A stretch of 64,000 bases of DNA from a virus. The notes beneath the pieces were generated by a model that searched no databases, was not told the DNA's origin, and worked only from the letters and a program-made list of their open reading frames with translations. The position numbers were made by a program, and so were the translations under genes. How positions within the stretch are numbered: the stretch's first letter is position 1; every line of letters starts with the position of its first letter. Positions 45,959 to 55,271 of the stretch are shown in pieces. The stretch covers positions 93,288 through 157,287 of IMG/VR virus record IMGVR_UViG_3300020171_000001. One strand, given 5' to 3'.

Positions 45959-47059
45959 TCACGCCCCTGTCTCAGCAAAGCCCGAGCCTGAGTCCCGCTC
46001 CACGTCCACGATGCAACCGCCAGACAGGAATCCGGCATCGACCAGCGCCGGCATGGATGCCTGCGCCGGCGTACGAAGTACAGGCCCGGTCAGCGCCACC
46101 ACAGACATGTTTCGCCCGTCCTGCCGACCGGCTGGAGTTGCCGACAGCCCGATGACCATCTGAGCGCGTTGGATGCCCCGCGTGACCCATGCCATGCGCT
46201 GTTCCCCGCCGAGAGTGTGGCACTCGTCAATGAGGACTCCCGTCCAGCCCCCCGGGGGCTCGTCGCCAATCCCCCCGTAGGATACGCAATGCAGCCAGTC
46301 CCAGCCACAGCCACAGTCGCCGATGCCTGTGCCGGCTTCTGCATCAGCTCCGGTGCCCGCCGCCAACTGCAACCGCGGAAGTGCCCTGTGGAGCACCCGG
46401 GCAGTCTGCCGAGCCAGCTCAGCGTTCGGCGCAATGTAAAGCCAGCGCCCGCCCAGAACTCGACGGCCTACCGCCAGAATCGCGGCAGCAACCCACGTCT
46501 TGCCGGCACCGCAGCTGGCAGACAGGATCCCGCGCCCGAAGGGCGCCGAGAAGGCTGACCAGGCCAGATCTGCCTGGTAGGGACGCAATGGAGCATCGGG
46601 GACCGACGCCAGCCTCAAAAGCGCCTGGCGCAGTTCCCACGCGCGTTCTCGGGTCAAGCAACTGGCAACCTGGGGCCCGCCGGCAACACGCAGTACAGGG
46701 CAAATGCGGTCTGTTGATGCCCATGTGAACGCCGAGGACGGAGACACAGCATGGGCCATCCAGGCGACCAAGCCCATGGGCATCGTCTGGTCTGCCGAGC
46801 CCAACCCGGCAGTCCACAGCATGCCCTCCAGGGACTCTTGACATGCCCAGCGCAAGGCTCGCAAGGCCCCGGGTCGCGAAGCAGCACGACCGCGGCTATC
46901 GCGTGCGAGGCGAGACAACCCGCCAGGTGTACGGACTTCTGCATCGCACGCCAGGCGCAGCCAGGTCTCGTAAAACGATTGAGAATCAGGCCCCTCGCAG
47001 ACCCGTGCTCGGGCGTCTCCAAGGCGCATGATTTCCAAACTCACGTAGCGGGTAGACAT
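45959..47059 (-). CDS. SF2 helicase N-terminal (RecA1, DExH) domain, UvsW/XPB-like
   Basis: LRPYQ, SCGAGKT, LYIAPN..LARQ, DECH, GLSATP.R.DG, LVDAGFLS then stop. Confidence 0.85.
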   Translation of the reverse strand: MSTRYVSLEIMRLGDARARVCEGPDSQSFYETWLRLACDAEVRTPGGLSRLARDSRGRAASRPGALRALRWACQESLEGMLWTAGLGSADQTMPMGLVAWMAHAVSPSSAFTWASTDRICPVLRVAGGPQVASCLTRERAWELRQALLRLASVPDAPLRPYQADLAWSAFSAPFGRGILSASCGAGKTWVAAAILAVGRRVLGGRWLYIAPNAELARQTARVLHRALPRLQLAAGTGADAEAGTGIGDCGCGWDWLHCVSYGGIGDEPPGGWTGVLIDECHTLGGEQRMAWVTRGIQRAQMVIGLSATPAGRQDGRNMSVVALTGPVLRTPAQASMPALVDAGFLSGGCIVDVERDSGSGFAETGA

Positions 47060-47082
47060 TGGGGGCTCCTACGCTTACTACT

Positions 47083-47111
47083 TTTACATGACACGTTATC
47101 CATGGTAGTGT
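47083..47111 (+). promoter_or_regulatory. promoter TTTACA-N17-TAGTGT (extended -10) for the terminase locus
   Basis: Divergent gap, 32 nt before ATG 47144. Confidence 0.55.
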
Positions 47112-47143
47112 GTGACCCAGACATCGAAAGCTGACCCTGCGCA

Positions 47144-49009
47144 ATGCCAAAGCTCGAAGAAGGCGTAATTCCGACGAACCAGGAAACCCTCGAGGCTCCT
47201 GACCCCCCAGGGTCCTTGCCGCAGGACCCGACGCTGGCTCCAACGGAGCCAGAAGACGACGGCGAGCCAGCCGAGTCGCTGGATACCGCGGATACCGAGG
47301 CGGGTGCGAGCGCAGTCATTGATCCCCCTGTGTCTCTTGGATTCCGGGATGGCAAGGGCCAGCGATGGGTCCACCGCACTGACATGCAGATGTGGTGGGC
47401 TCGCCGCGAGTCTGAGGGGAACCTCATCAAGACCCTGGACGCAGAGGGCCAGCGCATTCAGCGCACCGCGCCTGTGCGCCTCGACCTCATGGGCCAGCTC
47501 CGAGCAGGGCTCATGGACATCGACTACTCGACGTGCATGGAAACGGATATCTCGCGCAAGCCCAGGCACATGGAGCCCCCGCCGGGCAGAATTGATCCGG
47601 TCCAGGTTCCCGAACTCCGGGGCTCGTGGGCTGCAGCGTGGTCGAGCTATCCGTCCATCAACGGGGTGATCAAGACCACCCAGAAGAAGACAGTGCAGCG
47701 GGTCTACCCTGTGGAGTGGGTTGTTACCTGCGCCGCGCTGCTCGTCCTCATCGAAAAGTTCGAGGGGACGTCCTCCTACGGCCCGGACTACCTGTCGCTT
47801 CCGCCCGTGCGAGGCATCAATCGGTGGTGCACCCTGAACTTTTTTCCGGTGTGGAAGCCGGGCGAATGGACCCCACGGCTGATCATCCATGAAGGCCTGT
47901 TCCACCGCGGGCTCCCGCCGGCTCCGCCGTTCGTCGATGCCCTGCGGGCCATCGGCGTCCTCGACCCGCGCTTGCTCACCCGCGACATGCGATTGACCAT
48001 GGAGGCAGGCAGGGCCTTCGCCATGGAGATGCTTTGGGGCAACGCCCGCAAGGAGGCTATCTTGCCCTTCTTCCTGGAAGACGGGGACCTGGAGCCCAGC
48101 GCTGATCCAGTCCAGGACGCCGTGGGGCAAGTCCAGCGGCAGGTTGCCCAGCGACATCCGCAGGAGAACACCCAGCGACCGAAAACAGCCACCGAGGCCC
48201 GCGCCCGTGCAGAAGCGCAAGCCGCTGCCGAGATCCTCCGAGAGGTCCCAGACACGCCCGCGGGCCCCGCGGCCCCGCTCATCCGTGCCAATGACGGGGG
48301 CAGCGTGGCGAATCTCACCGGGCTCAATCCTCGGCAAGCCGAGGTGGCTCGGAGGTCTGGGGCCATGCCGCCCCTCCCGAAAGAGCATTTCGTCCACCGA
48401 ATCACCACGGGAGACGTGGACCGTTCTGTCCGCGAGGTGGACGCGGCGCACGTCGGTCTGGAGAGCGCCATCCGGATGAGCGATATCATCCTGGGGGCTG
48501 TGGGCCAGACCCTCACGCGCGTCATGGAAGACCCAGAGGCTCTCGCCATCCCTGACGTGATTGACGCCAAGTACCTGAGCAGTCTGACCATGGCCCTCCA
48601 GCGCGCCACGCGTACTCTGGAATCGGCCGTGGCGCTCTCCCGCAAGACCGGCGGCGAGCCAGACCAGACGGTCCTCCACACGCTGCTGCGTGTCGCCAAC
48701 GAGATGACTCCGGCAGAGCGCCAGAGCTACCGGAAGACCGGTGTCCTCCCTGGTCGTCTGCTCACCGGTGGGAGCATCACCAGCGGAGGCGATGCGATAC
48801 GCCTTGAGCCGGCCGAAGCAGAGGTCATCGACGTCGACGTCAAGCCAACGACGGAGAATCCGCTCGAGGCCAGAGCCAGAGCCGGAGCCAAGGTCGGTGG
48901 GCCCATGGCCCCCGCGATGGCGTCCACCAGCACCGGCTCTCCGGGCATACAAGAAGCCGCGGGGACTGTACTGGATAGACTGCGCCGAAAGCCACCCGGA
49001 GTCGGCTAG
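47144..49009 (+). CDS. large hypothetical protein, putative terminase small subunit
   Basis: 621 aa directly before TerL; C-terminal amphipathic helices ending GGEPDQTV resemble TerS oligomerisation regions. Confidence 0.5.
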   Translation: MPKLEEGVIPTNQETLEAPDPPGSLPQDPTLAPTEPEDDGEPAESLDTADTEAGASAVIDPPVSLGFRDGKGQRWVHRTDMQMWWARRESEGNLIKTLDAEGQRIQRTAPVRLDLMGQLRAGLMDIDYSTCMETDISRKPRHMEPPPGRIDPVQVPELRGSWAAAWSSYPSINGVIKTTQKKTVQRVYPVEWVVTCAALLVLIEKFEGTSSYGPDYLSLPPVRGINRWCTLNFFPVWKPGEWTPRLIIHEGLFHRGLPPAPPFVDALRAIGVLDPRLLTRDMRLTMEAGRAFAMEMLWGNARKEAILPFFLEDGDLEPSADPVQDAVGQVQRQVAQRHPQENTQRPKTATEARARAEAQAAAEILREVPDTPAGPAAPLIRANDGGSVANLTGLNPRQAEVARRSGAMPPLPKEHFVHRITTGDVDRSVREVDAAHVGLESAIRMSDIILGAVGQTLTRVMEDPEALAIPDVIDAKYLSSLTMALQRATRTLESAVALSRKTGGEPDQTVLHTLLRVANEMTPAERQSYRKTGVLPGRLLTGGSITSGGDAIRLEPAEAEVIDVDVKPTTENPLEARARAGAKVGGPMAPAMASTSTGSPGIQEAAGTVLDRLRRKPPGVG

Positions 49010-49048
49010 CAAATCAGCCAGCGAAGACAAAGACAGAAGAGAGCCCGC

Positions 49049-51451
49049 ATGCCCGAGTCCGACAGTAAGCCGCCGCGGCAGCAAGCCACGTTCTGGCGCC
49101 GAGAGATGCAGTACCGGAAGGGCCAGGCCGATGCAGCGACCCGGCAAATCCTGGCGCCGCCCGCCGAGCACCGGCTGCTCATGCCCCTCGATGTGATCCC
49201 CAAAGGCGCCACGGCCCCGTCGGCCGATCAGGACTACCTGAAAGACGTTCTGGCTGCGGCTCTGGACATGGAACGGCGTATCGAGGCCGCGCGTCTGTCT
49301 CCACTGGCTCTGATGCAGCTCTGCTTCCGTGCGCCCAACGGCAGTCCGCTCTTCGAAGCTCCGTTCTACAGGGAGTGGGATGAAGCAATTCTCGGCAATC
49401 CCAAGGTGCTCATCGAGGCCGCAAGGGGGACAGGAAAATCGATGTTCATCCTGGCCGCCATCCTCTGGGCCATAGGGAGCGACGTCAACATCCGCATCAA
49501 GCTCGTCGGGGAGAACGACAAGGTTGCGAACAAGCGGCTCTCGGTGCTCCACACCATCCTGGACAACAAGGAGCACATCTATCACAAGATCTTCCCGAAT
49601 GCGAAGAAGACCTCCAGGGGCTCCAAGCGCAAGAACAACGCCAGCCAGATCAACATCGAGAGAGACCTGGATTCGCCGGACCCCACGGTCGAAGCCGTCG
49701 GCGTGACATCCGCGGGCACAGGGAGCCGCGCTGATATTCTTGTCGGTGACGACCTCGTCGGCGCTGCCAACGCCCTGGTCCAACCGGCGAAGCGCACCAT
49801 GATCTTGGAGAAGATCCAAAACGACTGGCTCCCCTCTGTGGTCCCGGAGGGGCTTTGCTGGTTCATCTTTACCGTGTGGACCGAAAACGATGCGTCGAGC
49901 TGGCTCATCGCCAACACGGGCTGGCCCCACATCAAGCACGCGCACGGCACACCGCAGGACCCGTATCACTCGGCCTTTCCGGAGCTCTGGTCGTCGGCTG
50001 TTCTGCGGCGGAAACGGCGGGAGATCGGCGAGGTGGCCTACGCCCGAGCATACCTGTTGCGCCCGCACACCAAGGAGACCGTGGTCGTGCTCCCAGAGCA
50101 CATTCGGACGTGGGACCGCCGGCGTCTTCCACCGGAGAAGATCATCCGGGCGCACATCATCGTGGTAGCCGACCCGGCCTCGGGCAAGGAACTCAAGAAG
50201 GGGTCTCTCGACCCCTCGGGGCTGGCCGTCCTCGCCTACGTCCCCAAGCTCTTGCCAGAAGACACGCAGCAGACACAGCGGTCCCCGGCCGACGGCGGGG
50301 CGCATCTGGGAAGCGCCAACCCGCAAGACCTGCAGGACCTCGATGACGCGAGCATCACTGACCTGGAAGCCGACCCCGATCAGGCCCTCGATGGTCTGCC
50401 ACTCGATGCCCGCGGCGCCAGCAGCGCAGGCACACCTGATTCCCCGGCCATGTTCAATGCCCTCGCTGACCTCGACATCGCCAACATCTATTGGACTGGG
50501 CGCGGCGTCCCCTTCGAGATCTTTGTCATCGAGGCCCTGGAACATTACCTCCCAATGGGGCAGGAACAGGCCGACTTCCTGTGGTGGGTCGCTACGCAGT
50601 TCAATGCCCACTCCATCCTGTGCGAAGCGCAAGGGCTGGCCGACCTCCACCGCTGGATGGAGAACGAGCGGCTGAACTACGCCGGGAAGGTCCTGGGCCG
50701 GGCACCGACCTCGCACGATGAAATCGCACGGTTGTTCGGCCACCGCGGACTCGGGGCCCAGATCCAACCCTTTGGGACCGGCAACATGTCCAAGGGCGAA
50801 CGCCTCATGTCCATCACGCCCTTCCTCAATCTCCCGGCCAATGAGCCGCCAGCCGTGTTCTTCCGGCCGAACACCGTTGAGACGTTCCCCGAGCCCAAGC
50901 TCCTCGTGCATCCGCGCCTCGGCTCCGTCGAGGTTTCGAGGACACTCCGTGAACAGTTCCTGAGCTTTCCAGCCCGCCATGATGACATCCTCGACTGTGT
51001 CACCGCCGGCGTCCTCTGGATCGTGGAGAACCTGGCTCCACGCGACGCCCATGGTGTCTTCCAAGTCGATTCCGAGGCCTCGCGTGGGCTTCAGCACACG
51101 TCCTTCTTCGTGGCGGGCCCCTCGGAGAACCAGGGCTGGGGCCAGAGCCATGGCCAGAACCGCTCACGTCGCGGGGCCCCACTCGACATCGACCCGCAGG
51201 CCCACAACCGTCCGGACCTGGACCACGTCGTCAGCATCAACGCCACCCTCGCCCCAGCCAGCGCTCCAGCCAGCGCTCCAGCATCGGCTGTTCCAACTCT
51301 CCCGTCCCAGGCACCATTCAGTTCAAGCCCGGACTCGTGTCAGCCGGACACCCAGACTTCCAGGGACGGCCGAGGACGCATCATCGGGCACCCCGACGAC
51401 CCGGAGCCCGGCTGGCAAAGCGTCCGCACGTCCAACCGAGATCCTTGGTAG
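49049..51451 (+). CDS. terL: terminase large subunit
   Basis: IEAARGTGKS Walker A, AVGV...TGSRADILVGDDL Walker B, TVW coupling motif, nuclease VVADPA, E, FPARHDDILDC. Confidence 0.92.
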   Translation: MPESDSKPPRQQATFWRREMQYRKGQADAATRQILAPPAEHRLLMPLDVIPKGATAPSADQDYLKDVLAAALDMERRIEAARLSPLALMQLCFRAPNGSPLFEAPFYREWDEAILGNPKVLIEAARGTGKSMFILAAILWAIGSDVNIRIKLVGENDKVANKRLSVLHTILDNKEHIYHKIFPNAKKTSRGSKRKNNASQINIERDLDSPDPTVEAVGVTSAGTGSRADILVGDDLVGAANALVQPAKRTMILEKIQNDWLPSVVPEGLCWFIFTVWTENDASSWLIANTGWPHIKHAHGTPQDPYHSAFPELWSSAVLRRKRREIGEVAYARAYLLRPHTKETVVVLPEHIRTWDRRRLPPEKIIRAHIIVVADPASGKELKKGSLDPSGLAVLAYVPKLLPEDTQQTQRSPADGGAHLGSANPQDLQDLDDASITDLEADPDQALDGLPLDARGASSAGTPDSPAMFNALADLDIANIYWTGRGVPFEIFVIEALEHYLPMGQEQADFLWWVATQFNAHSILCEAQGLADLHRWMENERLNYAGKVLGRAPTSHDEIARLFGHRGLGAQIQPFGTGNMSKGERLMSITPFLNLPANEPPAVFFRPNTVETFPEPKLLVHPRLGSVEVSRTLREQFLSFPARHDDILDCVTAGVLWIVENLAPRDAHGVFQVDSEASRGLQHTSFFVAGPSENQGWGQSHGQNRSRRGAPLDIDPQAHNRPDLDHVVSINATLAPASAPASAPASAVPTLPSQAPFSSSPDSCQPDTQTSRDGRGRIIGHPDDPEPGWQSVRTSNRDPW

Positions 51452-51499
51452 TCGCATCAGTCCAAGCAACCAGCCCCCCCCATCCCATCCCCAGCCCAC

Positions 51500-51907
51500 T
51501 CAGTCATCCGAGAGCACCAGGCAGAAGCTATTGAAGGCAGCATCATGCAACTGGCGCCGTTGCATCTGCTCCAGGTCATCGCGTGCCCCGCCAGCCGAGA
51601 CGTACTCTCGCTCCGCCTGGGCGAGTCGCCGCAGACAATGCTTCACGTAGGATCGCTTCCTGGCCCGCAAGTGTGCCCAAGCCTCCTCCTCCGATCTTGA
51701 CACGAACCGTGTCCCAAACGGTCGCCACGTCAGCCTGAGGCTTCGCAAGACCCCGCCCGTCGGCAGAAGCCACATCCCGCAAGGCGTCACCTTCTCCACG
51801 CGAAACGTGCCGAAGTACACGCCCCCGGCTGTACCCACCTCCGCCCGGTAGAACGTGTCTCCCACGAGAACAGGGCCCCTCGGAGGCGCTACCGGCGTGG
51901 GGTGCAT
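51500..51907 (-). CDS. hypothetical protein
   Basis: FRVEKVTPCGMW...; convergent with terL. Confidence 0.55.
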   Translation of the reverse strand: MHPTPVAPPRGPVLVGDTFYRAEVGTAGGVYFGTFRVEKVTPCGMWLLPTGGVLRSLRLTWRPFGTRFVSRSEEEAWAHLRARKRSYVKHCLRRLAQAEREYVSAGGARDDLEQMQRRQLHDAAFNSFCLVLSDD

Positions 51908-52404
51908 GGCGACTCCATTCTATCTTGCGAGACGGGGCACCGCGGCAGGCTTTGCCAAAAGCGCGGGGGATCCGCCTCTGCGCCCTCCCGCAGCCACATT
52001 CGTCCCAGTTCAGGCTGCAGCGTGCACCGGAGAAACCAGCCGCCCGTGGACCAACCGCCCTCTCGATACCCGTCGCAGTCCCACCAGCCCAGAACGGCAG
52101 TATCATCGGGCGGCGGATTGCTCCAGCACGCGTCTGCTGTTCCAGGCCGCAGCAAAGCACCGGAGCCATCTCCGGCAACCAGAACCGACCGAGGCTCCCA
52201 ATCGAGGAACACCCCGCAGCACATCGGGCGAGTCGAGCCCTGCGCTAGGTAGTACTCGTCGCACCCCAGCAGGTCCACCGTGCAGCCCACGGCCTTCAGG
52301 GCTGCCCGGAACCCACGCAGGTGTGCCTCCGCCAGGTCGTGCTCCCACTGCGTCGTAGCGGCGTTCACAGCAGCCACAGCATCGATGTGCTCAGGTAGCG
52401 GCAT
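51889..52404 (-). CDS. hypothetical Trp/Cys-rich protein
   Basis: GGAGG RBS, 171 aa. Confidence 0.5.
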   Translation of the reverse strand: MPLPEHIDAVAAVNAATTQWEHDLAEAHLRGFRAALKAVGCTVDLLGCDEYYLAQGSTRPMCCGVFLDWEPRSVLVAGDGSGALLRPGTADACWSNPPPDDTAVLGWWDCDGYREGGWSTGGWFLRCTLQPELGRMWLREGAEADPPRFWQSLPRCPVSQDRMESPCTPRR

Positions 52405-52678
52405 TCAGGTCTGTCTCCCTCCGGTCTGGCCTGGCCCGGTCACTCGTCGCAGCAGCACACATTGGGTATCGAGGCGAACCGCGCGAGTTCTTTCTCTGCA
52501 GGCTTCCCTGCGTGCAGCACCGCGACCCAGCCCGGTGCGCCGAACAGCAGCGTGAAGGACATCGGATCGTCCGGTGAGATCTCCCGAAGCACCACGCGGC
52601 CCTTGTACCGATTCTTGATCGCCTTCCAAGAGCACAGGTTGCACGGCGTTCCGATCCCCATGGGCTGGGCCGAAGCGC

Positions 52679-53482
52679 CTACCGCCGCTCGCGGAAACGC
52701 AAGTACGGTAGCAGCTTCCGGCACTCCTCACGTGTGAGTGCTCGCCGCCCCCCGCAGCACGGGCACACCAGTTCCCGCACGGAGTCTGCCAGATGCACCC
52801 GGTAGCCCCGAATCTCTGCGCACCACCGGCACCCTGCGGACCCGCGGCAAGCGGCCCCGTCGGCGGCCCCCGCAGGCCCCGGGAAGACATCGTACGGCGT
52901 GCGCTGGGCAAACACAGCGGGGAGGAGCGGCACGTCGGCTTCCATGCCCAGGCATGTTTGACAGCGCCAGCGCCGGTCAATGCCATCCTCCCCCGCGAAC
53001 ACGTCATTGGTGACCCGGGAGCGGCGTTCCAGCAGCGCCCGGCGCAGGCTCACCGCGGCGATCTCCAAGGGCTGAATCCCCGGCACCCGCGCACGTACCC
53101 GATAGGCGACCTTCCAAGTGCCCGCGTCCCACAACTTCTCCAGTGCGACCACGCCGCTATCCCAGGCCCCAGGCCCAGGACCCGCGTTCTCGCTGGTTCG
53201 CTCGACGCCGGGGACAGACGACTCAAGCGTCCGTGCGGCCGGCGTGGTCAGCAACACATCGAGGTAGCAGTCGGGGTCGCCTGGGCCCCCCACGCAACCG
53301 CCTCGCGGCACAGCGCCCCCCGCGAAGAACACGGGAAGCTTGACTCGGGTCACCTCCGGGGCCTCCGGGTACCGCTGCAGGTCCTCGAGATACCGGATGA
53401 GGAGCCGGTAGACCCCGCCGTCATTGGCCAGATAGCTCGGGCGCAAGCACGCCCAGTCGAGCCCGTGGGTCTCGCGGCCCAT
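52679..53482 (-). CDS. hypothetical protein with C-terminal zinc fingers
   Basis: CQTC, CRWC, CPCC motifs; GGGGAG RBS. Confidence 0.6.
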   Translation of the reverse strand: MGRETHGLDWACLRPSYLANDGGVYRLLIRYLEDLQRYPEAPEVTRVKLPVFFAGGAVPRGGCVGGPGDPDCYLDVLLTTPAARTLESSVPGVERTSENAGPGPGAWDSGVVALEKLWDAGTWKVAYRVRARVPGIQPLEIAAVSLRRALLERRSRVTNDVFAGEDGIDRRWRCQTCLGMEADVPLLPAVFAQRTPYDVFPGPAGAADGAACRGSAGCRWCAEIRGYRVHLADSVRELVCPCCGGRRALTREECRKLLPYLRFRERR

Positions 53483-53516
53483 CAGGACTGCTCCCCAGGA
53501 GCCATCGCCGCCCGGT

Positions 53517-53963
53517 TCACCTTCGCACCATGAACACGAACCGCAGGACCTCGGCCTTGCCCGGTCCGGGGAACACCCGCCCGGCGAGCATCAGCGGCTC
53601 ACCGGGCTTGGAGACCTGCACGATGTTCCAGATGACCCCTGTCGTGAACTGAATGGAGTTGCCCGGGCTCCCGTCCTTGGCCGTCACCATGGCTACTCGA
53701 GCTACGGTCATCTCGGTCCCGTTTAGCATCAGGACCGACAGCGACCCGACCCGGCAGAGCGGCCCGGGCGGCTTCACGAGCTTGGTCGTCTTGCCCACGT
53801 CGTCACTGGTCGCATAAACGTACCAGACGCCGTGGAGCACCGGATCGATATCCAGCCGCTCCTTCAAGGCAGGACCGCTCGCAACTGCCACCTGCGACGT
53901 GCCGCAAGCAACCAGCACGAGTAGCCCACTGAGGCACACGCGAAAGCGCAAAACGTGGTTCAT
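53517..53963 (-). CDS. putative lipoprotein
   Basis: MNHVLRFR plus hydrophobic stretch and LVA-C lipobox; GAGGAGG RBS. Confidence 0.65.
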   Translation of the reverse strand: MNHVLRFRVCLSGLLVLVACGTSQVAVASGPALKERLDIDPVLHGVWYVYATSDDVGKTTKLVKPPGPLCRVGSLSVLMLNGTEMTVARVAMVTAKDGSPGNSIQFTTGVIWNIVQVSKPGEPLMLAGRVFPGPGKAEVLRFVFMVRR

Positions 53964-53994
53964 CGCCGTCCCTCCTCTTGGCTAGCTGGCTTAG

Positions 53995-54597
53995 CTAGCC
54001 GACCTGCGGGTGTTCCCGGGTCTGGAGCCTGCGGAGTCGCCGGCTCCAGCGAATGCCCTCGCTGACCCCCCGGGCCCACGTGTGTATCGCCGCGCGGGTA
54101 CCGAGGTCAGAGGGCTGCGTGATGGCGAGTAGCGCGCAGAGGCTCCCTACGAGGTGCATAGCACGTTCGTTGCGCTCGCGGTCAGGTTCACCTGGTAGCT
54201 CAGCAAGCGGAATAGCCAGGATCTGCTCGCAGAGTGCCATGGCATCCTTGACCATGTCAATACTCGGTCCGTTGCCCACGCGCTGGCGCCGGAGCAACCG
54301 ATTGGCCTCTCGCAAACGCTCATGGAGCATTCGCAGGAAGAACCTCTTATGGCCCAGCGCATCGCGAATTCCATCGGTGTATGGCCCAGCGGCTACAACG
54401 AGCTTGATCTCAGACAGTTCTCCGGCCGTCTTCTCAACCAAGTATACCAGGGCTCCGCGCCACTCCTCCAGTAGGTCGCTTCGCAAGCGCGAACCCAGTA
54501 CCGACGCTCGGCGGTCGATCGCGTCGTCCGCAGATGCTTGGCGTACAGCAGAGATTCCCGGCTCGTCCATCTTCAGCTGATGTCCTTGACGAGCCAC
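53995..54597 (-). CDS. hypothetical helical protein
   Basis: About 190-200 aa ORF in the minus-strand cluster. Confidence 0.5.
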   Translation of the reverse strand: MARQGHQLKMDEPGISAVRQASADDAIDRRASVLGSRLRSDLLEEWRGALVYLVEKTAGELSEIKLVVAAGPYTDGIRDALGHKRFFLRMLHERLREANRLLRRQRVGNGPSIDMVKDAMALCEQILAIPLAELPGEPDRERNERAMHLVGSLCALLAITQPSDLGTRAAIHTWARGVSEGIRWSRRLRRLQTREHPQVG

Positions 54598-55217
54598 TTC
54601 TTGAAGCCGGCCTCGAGCACCTTCCGGGCCAGAGCCGAGCCATCGGCCCCCAGCTTGACGAGCTGGGCAAAGCCCTTGGGAGACACGGTGACCATCCGCT
54701 CGGGCGGCTTGGGTTCTGTCACGGTCATGTCCGGGTGCGCCTCAGGCACCTTGCCCGTCTTCACGAAGGCATCGACGAACCACGTGGCCAGGTCGCCCTT
54801 GAGGGTAACGCTTGGCTCGGTCGTTCCCGCCTCCTTCTCTACGGTGGCGAGGAGCCCGGCGATCTCCGGGACCTCGCTGACCTGCGCGAACAGGCCCACG
54901 TCGGTGATGTTCTTGAAATTGCCTGCGGCGCCCGGCGACGGGATGGTCACGCGGATCCCGCCCTCGCCGCCCGGCCCCATGATGTGGATCCGGGACGACT
55001 TCCAGCCGAGGAAGTCATTGAGCAGCAACCCGGGGATGCCTCCGGAGCCGGTCGCCCGGAGGATTTCCCAGAGCAGATCGTAGAGACTGTGCTCCGCTGC
55101 GTCCCCTGCCTTCTTGGCCGTTTCGATGCCGACGGCAGCTTCTCGTCGCGTTACGACGATGTCTTCCTGCCCAAGAACGCTTAGCGTCCCCTGCTTCTTG
55201 TCTACGAAGGTCTTCAT
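54573..55217 (-). CDS. hypothetical protein
   Basis: MKTFVDKK; AGGAG RBS; high GC3; own promoter. Confidence 0.65.
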   Translation of the reverse strand: MKTFVDKKQGTLSVLGQEDIVVTRREAAVGIETAKKAGDAAEHSLYDLLWEILRATGSGGIPGLLLNDFLGWKSSRIHIMGPGGEGGIRVTIPSPGAAGNFKNITDVGLFAQVSEVPEIAGLLATVEKEAGTTEPSVTLKGDLATWFVDAFVKTGKVPEAHPDMTVTEPKPPERMVTVSPKGFAQLVKLGADGSALARKVLEAGFKKWLVKDIS

Positions 55218-55242
55218 GGGTTGTCTCCTGTCTCCTGTGAGT

Positions 55243-55271
55243 TTGTTAACATGCCATGCCTGGCACGTCAA
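55243..55271 (-). promoter_or_regulatory. promoter TTGACG-N17-TAACAA with TGCCAGGCATGGCA motif in the spacer
   Basis: Intergenic, upstream of 55217. Confidence 0.5.

Noticed and set aside
49007-49009. Genome-wide TAG recoding
   Set aside because: Other genes end at TAG with the next gene in a different frame (for example 897, 12119, 14181), and conserved genes are not interrupted by TAG
47096-51151. 1351-aa minus-strand ORF
   Set aside because: Antisense shadow of the two same-frame, high-GC3 terminase genes; no recognisable motifs
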